Shown one piece after another: positions 26,865 through 36,653 of a DNA stretch of 64,000 nt. The notes below the pieces were generated by a model. The model did no database searches and was not told the DNA's origin. It saw only the letters and a program-made list of their open reading frames with translations. How positions within the stretch are numbered: the stretch's first letter is position 1; each line of letters begins with the position of its first letter. The translations under genes and the position numbers were made by a program. Source of the DNA: Rhodospirillaceae bacterium (GTDB taxonomy: Bacteria > Pseudomonadota > Gammaproteobacteria > Steroidobacterales > Rariloculaceae); assembly GCA_024638465.1 (NCBI GenBank), contig JAHEKF010000007.1:7729-71728 (forward strand), read 5' to 3'.

Positions 26865-29135
26865 ATGAAAAGAGCAGGCATTATTGCGTTCGTCGCCGTC
26901 ACGTTCTGCGCGACCGTCAACGCGCAGTCATCCGGTGGTGTTTCTATACCGGTCGTCGACCGCCCGCCGGAACTGGCCGATTTCGAGAATATGGAGCCGT
27001 CGCCCGCGATCCGCGACAGCATGGCGTTAGTGTCCGATTTCGTGCAGCGACTCCCGGACGCGGGTGATGCTGCTTCTGAACGCACGGACGTGTATCTCGG
27101 TTACGACGAGCGCAATCTCTACGCGGTCTTTCTGGCGTTCGATTCCCAACCCGAGCTTATTCGCGCCAACCTGTCGCCGCGCGAGATCATCGAGAACGAC
27201 GACACCGTCGGATTATTGATCGACACTTTCAACGATCAGCGCACCGCCTACGCTTTCCGCTCGACGCCGCTGGGCGTTCAGTGGGATGCGCGCTGGAACG
27301 AAGTCGCGCGTACGCCCGCGTTCGATTCCGCGTACCAGGCCGTCTGGTACACCGATGGCGAAGTCACCGATGCCGGATATGTGGTGCTCATGACGATCCC
27401 GATGCGGACACTGCGATTTGCTGAAAGTGACGATCAGGTCTGGCGCGTCATGCTCGAGCGCAAGATCCCGCGGCGTAGTGAAGAGTCCTATTGGCCGGAG
27501 TTCTCGATAGCGATCGAAGGGCGACTGAATCAGGCGGCGCCGATGGTTGGCGTTCGGGACGTCTCGCCCGGCCGCAACATCCAAATCGTCCCGTTTATCT
27601 TCGCGCGGGACTTCGACGTTCTCGATCCTGAATTCACCGGCGGACCGGCATTCAACGACGACTCTGAAGACGATATTGGGCTGGACGCGAAGTTCGTGTT
27701 CCAGGACAGCATGGTGCTCGATCTGACGTTCAATCCGGACTTCAGCCAGGTCGAGTCGGACCAGCCCCAGGTGACGGTGAACGAGCGGTTCGAAGTCCGG
27801 TTCCCGGAGTTGCGTCCGTTCTTCATCGAGAACGCCGACTACTTTGCAACGGAATCTCAGCTCGTATTTACAAGGCGGATTGTCGACCCCGAAGCCGGTG
27901 CCCGCTTTACCGGCAGAATCGGCGACTGGGGAATCGGCACGATGCTGATGAACGACGAAGCTCCGGGTCAGAGGCTCGATCAGTCGGATCCGCTGTTCGG
28001 CGACGCGGCCGATATCTCCGTGTTTCGGGCGTTTCGCGACATCTCGGCGCAATCCCGTGTCGGCATGCTCTATACGGACCGGGAGTTCGGCAACGACAGT
28101 AATACGGTCCTCAGTCTCGATGGGCGATTCAAGCTCAATAACAACTGGACGACTCAGGTACAGCTCATCGATACCGAGAAGGTCACCCGGGATGGTCAGC
28201 AACTCGACGGTACCCAGCGCAATGTCCGTTTCGACCGCAGCGGCCGCCATGTCGCGGTCCACACCCACGTCATCGATACCAGCGAGGATTTCGTTGCGGA
28301 TTTAGGCTTCCAGAACCGGAATTACTTTCCGGACACGGACGGGTATCACAACCGCGTCGCCTTGACCTTCTATCCCGAGGATAGCCTGCTCAACAGCTGG
28401 GGCCCGGTCTTCTTCTTCAGCCACCTGGACGACCAATCGGGACTGCGGATCTACTCCAACTGGCAGTACGACCAGGTCTGGCGCTGGGACGGTTCGACGC
28501 AGCTTACGTTGCGTTATCAGGACGTGCGTGAGCGGCTACGGCCCAAGGATTTCGCAGCGCTGACCGGCAATCGCGACTATGCCTACGATTCCTTTACGGC
28601 ATCCTTCGAAACAGAGATGTTTTCGCAGCTGGGATTCAACGTCGAATTGGCGACGGGCGAAACCATTAATCTGGTACCTCCTGCCGGCATCGAACCCGAG
28701 CTGGCGAATTTCGAGCAGGGAGAGATCGGGGTCTTCTGGCGTCCTATCGATCGCCTGCGCTTCGACGGCACTTATCTGTTCCGCGAGTTGACGGATGCGG
28801 TTGGCGGCACGGGCAAGATTTTCGCGAACAAGATCACGCGGCTGAAAGTCAACTACCAGTTCACGAAGGAGCTTTCGCTTCGGTTTATCGCGCAGCACAA
28901 CGAGACCGACCCGGGTGTTTTGACGCGGCTGGATCTCGACGAAAACCTGAACTGGGACGCACTGGTTCGCTATGTTCTCAATCCCTGGTCATCGCTCTAC
29001 GTGGGCTATAACCGCAACTCGAGCAACTTCGACCTCATCGATACCGAGTTTGGCACGGAGCTGGTCACGACGACCGGCCTTCGACGCGACGGCGAACAGT
29101 TCTTCGTCAAGTTTTCCTATTTGTTCCAGCCGTAA
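26865..29135 (+). CDS. Second CBM9-like plus DUF5916-like outer-membrane protein (paralog of 23769-25970)
   Basis: Signal peptide MKRAGIIAFVAVTFCATVNAQS. YLGYDERNLYAVF...DDTVGLLIDTFND. Same length class (756 aa). Ends KFSYLFQP. Confidence 0.65.
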   Translation: MKRAGIIAFVAVTFCATVNAQSSGGVSIPVVDRPPELADFENMEPSPAIRDSMALVSDFVQRLPDAGDAASERTDVYLGYDERNLYAVFLAFDSQPELIRANLSPREIIENDDTVGLLIDTFNDQRTAYAFRSTPLGVQWDARWNEVARTPAFDSAYQAVWYTDGEVTDAGYVVLMTIPMRTLRFAESDDQVWRVMLERKIPRRSEESYWPEFSIAIEGRLNQAAPMVGVRDVSPGRNIQIVPFIFARDFDVLDPEFTGGPAFNDDSEDDIGLDAKFVFQDSMVLDLTFNPDFSQVESDQPQVTVNERFEVRFPELRPFFIENADYFATESQLVFTRRIVDPEAGARFTGRIGDWGIGTMLMNDEAPGQRLDQSDPLFGDAADISVFRAFRDISAQSRVGMLYTDREFGNDSNTVLSLDGRFKLNNNWTTQVQLIDTEKVTRDGQQLDGTQRNVRFDRSGRHVAVHTHVIDTSEDFVADLGFQNRNYFPDTDGYHNRVALTFYPEDSLLNSWGPVFFFSHLDDQSGLRIYSNWQYDQVWRWDGSTQLTLRYQDVRERLRPKDFAALTGNRDYAYDSFTASFETEMFSQLGFNVELATGETINLVPPAGIEPELANFEQGEIGVFWRPIDRLRFDGTYLFRELTDAVGGTGKIFANKITRLKVNYQFTKELSLRFIAQHNETDPGVLTRLDLDENLNWDALVRYVLNPWSSLYVGYNRNSSNFDLIDTEFGTELVTTTGLRRDGEQFFVKFSYLFQP

Positions 29136-29237
29136 ATCGATAACGGCGCGATTCGCGGCTGGTGGTAAATGGCCGGGCCCGGGGTATCCGTTTCACTTAA
29201 GCTCGCCTCGACATCCGTGTCTCGGCAGCAGCCGAGG

Positions 29238-30191
29238 TTACAGGCTATCGAGCCACTCGTCGTCGGAACCGTCGTGAATGTCGTCGAACAGGTAGGCGCC
29301 GAGGTAGCGTTCGCCCGTATCCGGCAGCATGACGAGCATGACCGAACCGGGCTCCGCGTTCTCTGCTGCGCGGAATGCAGCGGCGAGTGTCGCGCCGGCC
29401 GAGATGCCGACGAAAATGCCTTCCTCCGCAGCGAGCCGTCGTGCCATCGTTTTACCTTCTTCGTCGGAGACGAGCAGCAATTCGTCGTGAAGGTTCGGGT
29501 TAAGAACGTCAGGCACGAAGTCCGGCGTCCACCCCTGGATCTTGTGCGGAGTAAACTCGCCACCGCTCACGAGCGGTGCCGCTTCGGGTTCGGATGCGAT
29601 GATCTTCACATCGGGTCGTGCAAGCTTGAGGACTTCTCCGGCACCCGTTAGCGTGCCGCCCGTTCCCCAGCCCGTGACCCAATAGTCGAGTTGGCGTCCG
29701 GCGAAGTCGCTCAGGATCTCGGGTCCGGTCGTCTGTCGATGGTAAGCCGGGTTCGCCGGGTTCTCGAATTGTCGTGCGAGGAACCAGCCATGTTTCTTGG
29801 CCAGTTCCTCTGCCTTGCGGACCATGCCTGTGCCACGCTCGGCAGCGGGAGTAAGGATCACTTTACCGCCGAACGCACGCATGATCTTGCGACGTTCGAC
29901 CGAGAAGCTGTCGGCCATCGTCGCAACGAAGTTGTAACCGCGAGCTGCGGCGACCATCGCAAGTGCGATACCCGTATTGCCCGATGTCGCTTCGACGATC
30001 GTTTGGCCCGGCTTTAGCTTGCCGTGCCGTTCCGCGTCGTCGACGATCGCGAATGCAAGACGGTCTTTGACCGATCCTGCAGGATTGAAGGCCTCGATCT
30101 TGACGAAGATCTCGATGCCTTTGGGTTTAACGCGGTGAAGTTTGACGACGGGTGTTCTGCCAATCGTGTCAAGAATGCTTTCGTAGATCAT
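29238..30191 (-). CDS. cysK: Cysteine synthase A (O-acetylserine sulfhydrylase)
   Basis: IGRTPVVKL, NPAGSVKDR (PLP-binding Lys), TSGNTGIALA and GTGGT motifs. Confidence 0.9.
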   Translation of the reverse strand: MIYESILDTIGRTPVVKLHRVKPKGIEIFVKIEAFNPAGSVKDRLAFAIVDDAERHGKLKPGQTIVEATSGNTGIALAMVAAARGYNFVATMADSFSVERRKIMRAFGGKVILTPAAERGTGMVRKAEELAKKHGWFLARQFENPANPAYHRQTTGPEILSDFAGRQLDYWVTGWGTGGTLTGAGEVLKLARPDVKIIASEPEAAPLVSGGEFTPHKIQGWTPDFVPDVLNPNLHDELLLVSDEEGKTMARRLAAEEGIFVGISAGATLAAAFRAAENAEPGSVMLVMLPDTGERYLGAYLFDDIHDGSDDEWLDSL

Positions 30192-30231
30192 GATCCGCTC
30201 TCTTAATTATTGGTGTTGGGGCGGTAACCGG

Positions 30232-31668
30232 CTAGCTGACGCGAGCCACGCTCGATTTACTGCTGCCGTTATAGCGAACAAGAGTCTCCGGGGCAAACCA
30301 GGAATAACGCTCGGCCAGTGCTGTCGACTTGCCAACGAGCAGAAGAGCAGGCGGGCGCACGTTTTCGTGTCTTGCAGCGTCGGCGAGTTGGCCGAGTACC
30401 GTACTGACGACGCGCTGTTTCTCCGTCGTTCCTCTTTCGATTACCGCGACGGGGATTTCGGGGTTCGTGCCGCTCGCGATCAGCCGTTCGGCGATCGCGC
30501 CGAATTGCGCGACGCCCATGTAGAGCGCGAGCGTCTGGTCGTCGCGCAAGGGGCCTACCTCGAAGTCCGCCGAATCCTCTACGTGCCCGGTCGTAAGAAT
30601 CACGGACCGCGCGACACCGCGAAGCGTGAGCGGGATGCCCGCGTAAGCTGCGCAACCGGACACGGCGGACACGCCCGGAACGACCTGGAACGGCAGGCCT
30701 GCCGACACGAGCGCTTCGATCTCTTCTCCGGCGCGGCCGAAGATCATCGGATCGCCGCCTTTCAGACGGCAGACGCGTTTGCCATTGCCAACGCGTTGCA
30801 CCAGCAGGCGATTGATCTGTTCCTGGGTAATCGACGGCTGGCCCGGCTGCTTGCCGACCGAGATCAATTCGGCGTCACGGCGTGCGAAGTCGAGCACGTC
30901 GACGCCGACGAGCCGGTCGTAAAGAACGACGTCCGCCTGCGCCAGCAGCTGGCGTCCGCGCAGCGTAATAAGGTCGGCCGCACCGGGGCCGGCACCGACC
31001 AGATACGCTTCGCCCTGAGTTCGTTCGACGTCATTGTGCCAGTCGGCGAGCGCCTGCTCGATCGTTGCATCCGCTTGAGCGTCGCGCCCGGCGTAGACCT
31101 GTTCGGCGGCCGGGCCGTTCAGTGTGCGCTCCCAGAAACGCCGCCGTTCGTCCACGTTGGCGATGGTATCGCCGACGCGCTGCCGCCAGCGACCCGCCAG
31201 GTCCGTAAGCCTGCCGAGACGCCCCGGCAGCAGCGATTCGATCACGCCTTTGACCCAGCGCACGAGCACCGGCGAGCGACCGCCGCTCGAGATAGCGACC
31301 GTGACCGGAGCGCGCTCGACGATCGCGGGTGTGATGAACGTGCAGAGATCCACCTCGTCGACGACGTTGCAGAAAATCTGTCTCGATTCGGCCGCGGCCG
31401 CGACCCGGGCATTGAGCGCATGATCCGATGTCGCGGCAATCACCAGCCAGCGGTGTTCGACATCAGTGTCATCGAACCCGCGTCGTTCGAGTTCGAACGC
31501 ATTTCCCGCGGCCAGCTGCCCGAGTTCGCGGGTTAGTTCCGGCGCGACGACCGTTAGCCTGGCACCTGCGGCCAGGAGCTCCTTGACCTTGCGCTCGGCG
31601 ACGTTGCCGCCGCCCACGACGAGGCAGGCGCGGTGATTGAGGTCGACGAATATCGGCAGCTGGTCCAT
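30232..31668 (-). CDS. cysG: Siroheme synthase (precorrin-2 dehydrogenase/ferrochelatase plus uroporphyrinogen-III C-methyltransferase)
   Basis: MDQLPIFVDLNHRACLVVGGGNVAERK N-terminal domain. VGAGPG..DL.TLRG and RLKGGDP methyltransferase motifs. Confidence 0.9.
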   Translation of the reverse strand: MDQLPIFVDLNHRACLVVGGGNVAERKVKELLAAGARLTVVAPELTRELGQLAAGNAFELERRGFDDTDVEHRWLVIAATSDHALNARVAAAAESRQIFCNVVDEVDLCTFITPAIVERAPVTVAISSGGRSPVLVRWVKGVIESLLPGRLGRLTDLAGRWRQRVGDTIANVDERRRFWERTLNGPAAEQVYAGRDAQADATIEQALADWHNDVERTQGEAYLVGAGPGAADLITLRGRQLLAQADVVLYDRLVGVDVLDFARRDAELISVGKQPGQPSITQEQINRLLVQRVGNGKRVCRLKGGDPMIFGRAGEEIEALVSAGLPFQVVPGVSAVSGCAAYAGIPLTLRGVARSVILTTGHVEDSADFEVGPLRDDQTLALYMGVAQFGAIAERLIASGTNPEIPVAVIERGTTEKQRVVSTVLGQLADAARHENVRPPALLLVGKSTALAERYSWFAPETLVRYNGSSKSSVARVS

Positions 31669-31912
31669 GAGTTGCGCTTGAAGCTCGAGGCGCCGGGGGG
31701 AGCGCCACCATAGCGCCGTCCCCTGCGCGGGAACAAGACCGTCTGTTCACGGTCTTATGCCTCAATGCTATAAACCGCAAGGCCTTGAAAATGTGGCTTC
31801 TTTGCCGATTTGACAGCCCTTGTAACCGATGGTTATATGGTTTCGACAGTCGGCCGCACCTCTCGGGGAGCGGCGTTTTTGTCTGGTTTACAGGTACCTG
31901 AACGCGAAGTTT

Positions 31913-32923
31913 ATGACGCTGAAGCAACTGAAATATCTGATCGGAATCGTCGACAGCGGTCTCAACATCACCTCGGCCGCGGAGCGGCTCTACACGAGCC
32001 AGCCCGGTATCAGTAAGCAGCTCAAGCAGCTCGAAGCCGAGCTCGGCATGCAGCTCTTTACCCGCAAGGGCAAAAGCCTCTCGGCGATCACCCCGGCCGG
32101 CCGCGAGGTCATCGACCGGGCGCGCAAGATTCTTCGCGAGGTCGACAACATCTCGAGTCTCGCCAGCGATCTGACCGGCGAGCAGGAAGGGCGCCTCTCG
32201 ATTGCGACAACGCACACGCAGGCCCGTTACGTTCTGCCCGACGTCATTCGCGAGTTCAATGAGCGTTATCCGAAGGTCGATCTCGAGTTGCACCAGGGAA
32301 CATCGGAGCAAATCGCGGAGCTGGTGAATACGGATCAGGTCGATTTCGCGATCGCTACCGGATCGCAAAAGTTATTCTCGAATCTGACGCTGTTACCGAT
32401 CTATCACTGGGATCGCATCATGCTGGTGCCGAACGATCATCCGCTGGCACGCGAGAAGAATCCCGTAGATCTGAAAATGCTGTCGGCTTACCCGCTCGTA
32501 ACCTATGTCTTCAGCCTCACCGGTGAGTCCTCGTTCAAGCGCGCTTTTGCCGATGAGGGCCTCGAGCCACGCGTCGTGTTTACGGCACGTGACGCGGATA
32601 TCATCAAGACCTATGTACGCATGGGTATGGGTGTCGGCGTTATCGCCTCGATGGCTTATGAGTGCAAGGATCAGGAAGATCTGAAAGCCATCGACGCGAC
32701 AGGGCTGTTTCCGCGTGTCACGACCTGGCTCGGCTTCCCGAAAGACATGGTCTTGCGAAGCTTCATGATCGACTTCATCCACCTGCTGGCGCCGCATTAT
32801 TCGCGCCGTTTGATCAGCGACGTCGCGAACATGGATACGGACGAGCAGCTCGAGGAGCTGCTCAAGGACGTCAAGCTGCCGGTTCGTGGGGGCTGCGAAG
32901 AGGATGAGGCAGCCGCGGCGTAA
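31913..32923 (+). CDS. cysB: LysR-family regulator of the CysB/Cbl type
   Basis: MTLKQLKYLIGIVDSGLNITSAAERLYTSQPGISKQLKQLE closely follows the CysB HTH region. It is divergent from cysG-cysK. Confidence 0.8.
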   Translation: MTLKQLKYLIGIVDSGLNITSAAERLYTSQPGISKQLKQLEAELGMQLFTRKGKSLSAITPAGREVIDRARKILREVDNISSLASDLTGEQEGRLSIATTHTQARYVLPDVIREFNERYPKVDLELHQGTSEQIAELVNTDQVDFAIATGSQKLFSNLTLLPIYHWDRIMLVPNDHPLAREKNPVDLKMLSAYPLVTYVFSLTGESSFKRAFADEGLEPRVVFTARDADIIKTYVRMGMGVGVIASMAYECKDQEDLKAIDATGLFPRVTTWLGFPKDMVLRSFMIDFIHLLAPHYSRRLISDVANMDTDEQLEELLKDVKLPVRGGCEEDEAAAA

Positions 32924-32959
32924 CGTCCGAACCGGCGTGTGGTCGGCGGCCCGGAAAGC

Positions 32960-33215
32960 GCCGTCTCGAATGCCAGCTCAAACAACGCCCTGTCACGGTC
33001 AATCCGGTCGAGCCCGACGCCGCGGTGACCGACGAGGGAGGGTCCGGAGTGTCCGTCGAGCGTCGTAGACGAGGAGCGTGCCATGGACGGCAGTTGAGCG
33101 ACGAGGACACGATTCGAGGCGAGACACGGACGTCGAGCCGAGATTAAGTGAGACGGACACTCCGGACCCGACCATCAACTGATACGCCGACCGGCCCCTT
33201 GGGACTCCGCGTACC
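32960..33215 (+). repeat. Composite intergenic repeat (copy A): arm / 94-nt core / arm, filling the cysB-cysH convergent spacer
   Basis: The left arm (32986-33057) is the reverse complement of 45600-45668. The core (33057-33150) matches 22147-22240. ggtccggagtgtccgtc at 33041 and gacggacactccggacc at 33152 form an inverted repeat around the core. The ccggccccttgggactccgc box is also present at 45561. Confidence 0.85.
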
Positions 33216-33220
33216 GTCCG

Positions 33221-34000
33221 CTAGAGTTCCGACAGGTCGATCTCGTGTAGTCCGCATTCGCGCTTCAGCCCGTTGAAGCGCGTCAGCTCTTCGTCGCCGA
33301 CATCCTGCAACGGCCGCGTACTGTGGCGATCGCCGATCGATACATAGCCGTCCTTCCAAAGCGGGTGGTAGGGGAGGTCGTGCGCTCTGAGGTAGCGATG
33401 TACATCGCGATCGCTCCAGTCGGCGATGGCGTGCACCTTCCAGCGCTCGCCGGCACGGGCGAGATAAGGGATCTCGGCGCGCGATTCGGTCTGGTTGCGG
33501 CGTAATCCTGCGAACCAGGTTCCGGCGTCGAGCTCTCGCAGTGCGCGGCGCATCGGTTCGACCTTATTTTCTTCGTTGTAGGCGTCAATGCCATTGATGC
33601 CGTGCTGCCAGCGCTGCCCGAAGCGTGCTTCCTGCCACGCGGGTGAGATACGGCTGCGATAAACCTGAAGATTGAGCTGGAGCCGCTCGGTCAACTCGTC
33701 GACGAAGCGGTAGGTTTCGGTAAACAGATACCCGGTGTCGACGAGCACAACCGGAATGTTCGAGGCGACCTGAGTTACGAGGTGCAACGAGACGGCAGCT
33801 TGTGCGCCGAAACTCGAGCTCAACACATGATTACCCGGCAAATGCGCCAGCGACCACTCAACCCGCTCGTGCGGGGTAAGGTCCGCGAACACGCGATTGC
33901 AATGCGCCAGCGCCGCTTCCCGCGTCGTCGCCTCATCGCAGACGCTCGGTGCCTGGAGGCGGGTGTCGCGGTTGTCCTGGTTGTCGATAACGGCGTTCAT
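33221..34000 (-). CDS. cysH: Phosphoadenosine-phosphosulfate (PAPS/APS) reductase
   Basis: [12 protein letters not shown] and the C-terminal KRECGLHE motif. ATG at 34000 (MNAVIDN) chosen; the upstream track extension was ignored. Confidence 0.85.
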   Translation of the reverse strand: MNAVIDNQDNRDTRLQAPSVCDEATTREAALAHCNRVFADLTPHERVEWSLAHLPGNHVLSSSFGAQAAVSLHLVTQVASNIPVVLVDTGYLFTETYRFVDELTERLQLNLQVYRSRISPAWQEARFGQRWQHGINGIDAYNEENKVEPMRRALRELDAGTWFAGLRRNQTESRAEIPYLARAGERWKVHAIADWSDRDVHRYLRAHDLPYHPLWKDGYVSIGDRHSTRPLQDVGDEELTRFNGLKRECGLHEIDLSEL

Positions 34001-34232
34001 CGAGTGCGTGGTTCGTGTTCGGGATGCGATCCCTGCGCAGCGCGCTCCAGTCGGGAGGCATACCCTAGTGGACCGGACTGCCGCCGTGAACGGCCGAGTC
34101 GTCATAGCCGTATGCAGCGATGAAATAACTTAGAAGCTGACGGCAGACGCTAATGCCGCGACGAAATTACGTACGACCGTGAAGCTGTTGCCAGGTCCGT
34201 CGCGGTCTCGCGACCGGTTCCTTCGGACTCCG

Positions 34233-35597
34233 CTATAGCGACAGAATTTCGGCGCCGACGCGTTCGCCGGATTCCATCGCGCCTTCCATGCCGCGCGAGA
34301 CGCGGCCGAGGTGCTCGCCGCAGAAGCGGATCCTGGCGTGCGGATCGCCCATGACGGCCGCGAAGCGCGTGATCTGTCCGGGGCGGAAATAGGCCCAGCC
34401 GCCGCGCGCACAGGGGTCCGTGCCCCAGGACTGCATGCCGAGAAACTCGAGCTGGTCTTTGGCGGCCGGGCGCACGGCTTCGATCTCGGCGATGACGCGC
34501 TTGCCGGCGCCCGCCGCTCCCAGCGCGTCGAGCACAGCCGCATTGGGTCCCAGTGTCCAGGCCGTGAAACTGGTTACCTCATTCGGATCGTCGCCGTTGC
34601 GTGCAGCTGCGACCATGCCGGCGACACCGTCGGTAAAGAGACTCGGTGCATAGCCGTCGGCCTCCCAGAAGTTCGATTTATGACGAAAGTAGACCTGCGT
34701 CATCGGCTGTGCCGGCAACGATGAGACGGCTTCAGCCTGCAAGCCTTCGAGCGGCGGATCGATCGCGATGTCGCGAAGCACGCCGAAAGGCAATGAGCAG
34801 ACGACATGCTGAGCGCGATAGCGCGTTCCATCTTCACAGCGCAAGGTTGCGCCAGCCCCGTCATTCTCGATTGCAGTCACCTGTTTACCGAATTCGACCG
34901 GCTTTTCTAGCGCGTCGGCCATCGCCTGCGGGATGCGCGCAACGCCGTTACGTGCCGTATAACCGAGCACGCCTTCGGGCGCGAAGCGTCGTTGCGCGAC
35001 CGAGAATGCCGCGCGAAAGAACAGCAACAGCGCGGAGACATCGCGCGCATCTTCGCCGAAGCTCACGTTCATTCCGTATGCGAGCTTCACGCCGGCGTCG
35101 TCGAAACCGAGCTGCTCCAGCCAATCGCGTACCGATATGTCGTACTGCGCCGCGTCGGGCTCGAGCCATGCTCCCGGTTCGGACAGCGGGTTCTCGCGGA
35201 CCGTCAGCTGCCGGTGGTAGGCCCACGGCATGATCGGCTTATCGTCGTCGGGGAACCGATTGGCAGGATGATGGGGCCAATCCGCCTGGCGAATGATCTT
35301 GCCGTCGAGTACAAGTTCCTGTTCGCGGAAAAACTGCAACATGGGTGTTACGTCGATGAGTTCGACGCCATGGCGCTGCGCGGTGCCGATAATTCGCGTG
35401 TAGCCAGCGCCGATGTAGGTGCCTCCGGCTTCCTTGTTGCTACCGAGCTGCTGCATCGAGCGGACGCGGCCGCCGACGCGCTGCTGCGCTTCGATGACCT
35501 GCACGTCTGCGCCGCCGGCCTGCAGATCGAGCGCGGCCGCCAGTCCTGCAAGACCCGCGCCGATGACGACGACTTCGTGCTTGCGCACATCGGCCAT
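34233..35597 (-). CDS. FAD-dependent oxidoreductase of the amine-oxidase/protoporphyrinogen-oxidase superfamily, in the hemY position
   Basis: VVVIGAGLAGLAAA...VIEAQQRVGGR dinucleotide fold and a C-terminal FCGEH...GMEGAMESGERVGAEI. Its ATG directly abuts the ferrochelatase stop codon. Confidence 0.75.
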   Translation of the reverse strand: MADVRKHEVVVIGAGLAGLAAALDLQAGGADVQVIEAQQRVGGRVRSMQQLGSNKEAGGTYIGAGYTRIIGTAQRHGVELIDVTPMLQFFREQELVLDGKIIRQADWPHHPANRFPDDDKPIMPWAYHRQLTVRENPLSEPGAWLEPDAAQYDISVRDWLEQLGFDDAGVKLAYGMNVSFGEDARDVSALLLFFRAAFSVAQRRFAPEGVLGYTARNGVARIPQAMADALEKPVEFGKQVTAIENDGAGATLRCEDGTRYRAQHVVCSLPFGVLRDIAIDPPLEGLQAEAVSSLPAQPMTQVYFRHKSNFWEADGYAPSLFTDGVAGMVAAARNGDDPNEVTSFTAWTLGPNAAVLDALGAAGAGKRVIAEIEAVRPAAKDQLEFLGMQSWGTDPCARGGWAYFRPGQITRFAAVMGDPHARIRFCGEHLGRVSRGMEGAMESGERVGAEILSL

Positions 35598-36653
35598 TCA
35601 GGCGTCGTCCGATCCGCACAGTGCGGGCCTGGGCTCGCCGGGACGCCCGGACAGACAGCATCCGCGAGGGCAGACGTCATGGCTCGGACCGAGTCTCCCC
35701 AGTGAGCGTTTTTCAGTACCCGGCTGCAGACGCTCCTGGATGAGTTCACGCACCATGCCGATGTAGGCGGGATGCGTGCCGACTGTGTTCGCGCGAACCA
35801 ATGCCAGGCCAACTTCGTTGGCGGTTTCCTGCGCTTCGACGTCGAGGTCGAGCACGACCTCCATGTGATCGCACACAAAGCCGATCGGCACCATGACCAT
35901 TGACTTCGAACCGCCTTCGCTCATGCCCCTGATCACGTCATTGATGTCGGGTTCGAGCCACGGCACGCCGTAAGACGCATTGTTACTCTGGTAACAGAGC
36001 GACCAGCTGTCGCGGCCCACTTCCCCGGCAACAAGGCGGCAGGCCTCCGCGAGTTGCTCGACGTAGTTCGCGTTTTTGGCCATCGGCACCGGCAGGCTAT
36101 GCGCCGTGAACATCAGCGGTGCATCGGCGCGCAATTCCTCCGGCAAATCGGCAAGCGCATCGACGACGCGATCGGCCATTGCCGAGATGAAGCCCGGATG
36201 GTTATAGCCGAGTCTCAGTTTGTCGATTGCTGGCGGGTTGTCGAGATCGGCACAGGCGTCGTAAAGATCCTCGCGGTATTTCCGGCAGCCGCTGTAAGAA
36301 CTGAACGTACTGGTCACGTGCGCGAGCGCACGCGAGATGCCCGCGCGCTGCATTTCGGCCAGGGTGTCGGCCAGCATCGGATGCCAGTTACGGTTACCCC
36401 AGTAAATCGGCAGATCGATATCGTGGGCCACGAGTTCGGCCTCGAGTGCGTCGATAAACTTGCGCGTTTCGCCGTTGATCGGGCTTACACCACCGAAGCG
36501 CTGATAGCGGCGCGCGATACCTTGCTTCGCCTCGGGCTTTACCGGCAGTCCTTTTAGCACGTTGTCGAGAAACGGCATGACGTCGTCCGGGCCCTCCGGT
36601 CCGCCGAAGGAGACGATCAGTAATGCGTCGTAAGGTCGCGTGTCGTCGCTCAT
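35598..36653 (-). CDS. hemH: Ferrochelatase, actinobacterial-like type with a Cys-rich C-terminal extension
   Basis: LLIVSFGGPEGPDDVMPFLDNV, FGGVSPING, YWGNRNWHP, FTAHSLP, VPWLEPD, PIGFVCDHMEVVLDLD. Also SGCRKY plus the C-terminal VCPRGCC...LC. Confidence 0.9.
   Translation of the reverse strand: MSDDTRPYDALLIVSFGGPEGPDDVMPFLDNVLKGLPVKPEAKQGIARRYQRFGGVSPINGETRKFIDALEAELVAHDIDLPIYWGNRNWHPMLADTLAEMQRAGISRALAHVTSTFSSYSGCRKYREDLYDACADLDNPPAIDKLRLGYNHPGFISAMADRVVDALADLPEELRADAPLMFTAHSLPVPMAKNANYVEQLAEACRLVAGEVGRDSWSLCYQSNNASYGVPWLEPDINDVIRGMSEGGSKSMVMVPIGFVCDHMEVVLDLDVEAQETANEVGLALVRANTVGTHPAYIGMVRELIQERLQPGTEKRSLGRLGPSHDVCPRGCCLSGRPGEPRPALCGSDDA

Noticed and set aside
33110-33145. The reciprocal g/c swap between the two repeat cores (cgagGcgag...cgagCcgag versus cgagCcgag...cgagGcgag), considered as RNA base-pair covariation.
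   Set aside because: The sequences flanking the two positions are direct rather than inverted repeats and cannot pair with each other, so the swap is not evidence for a stem.
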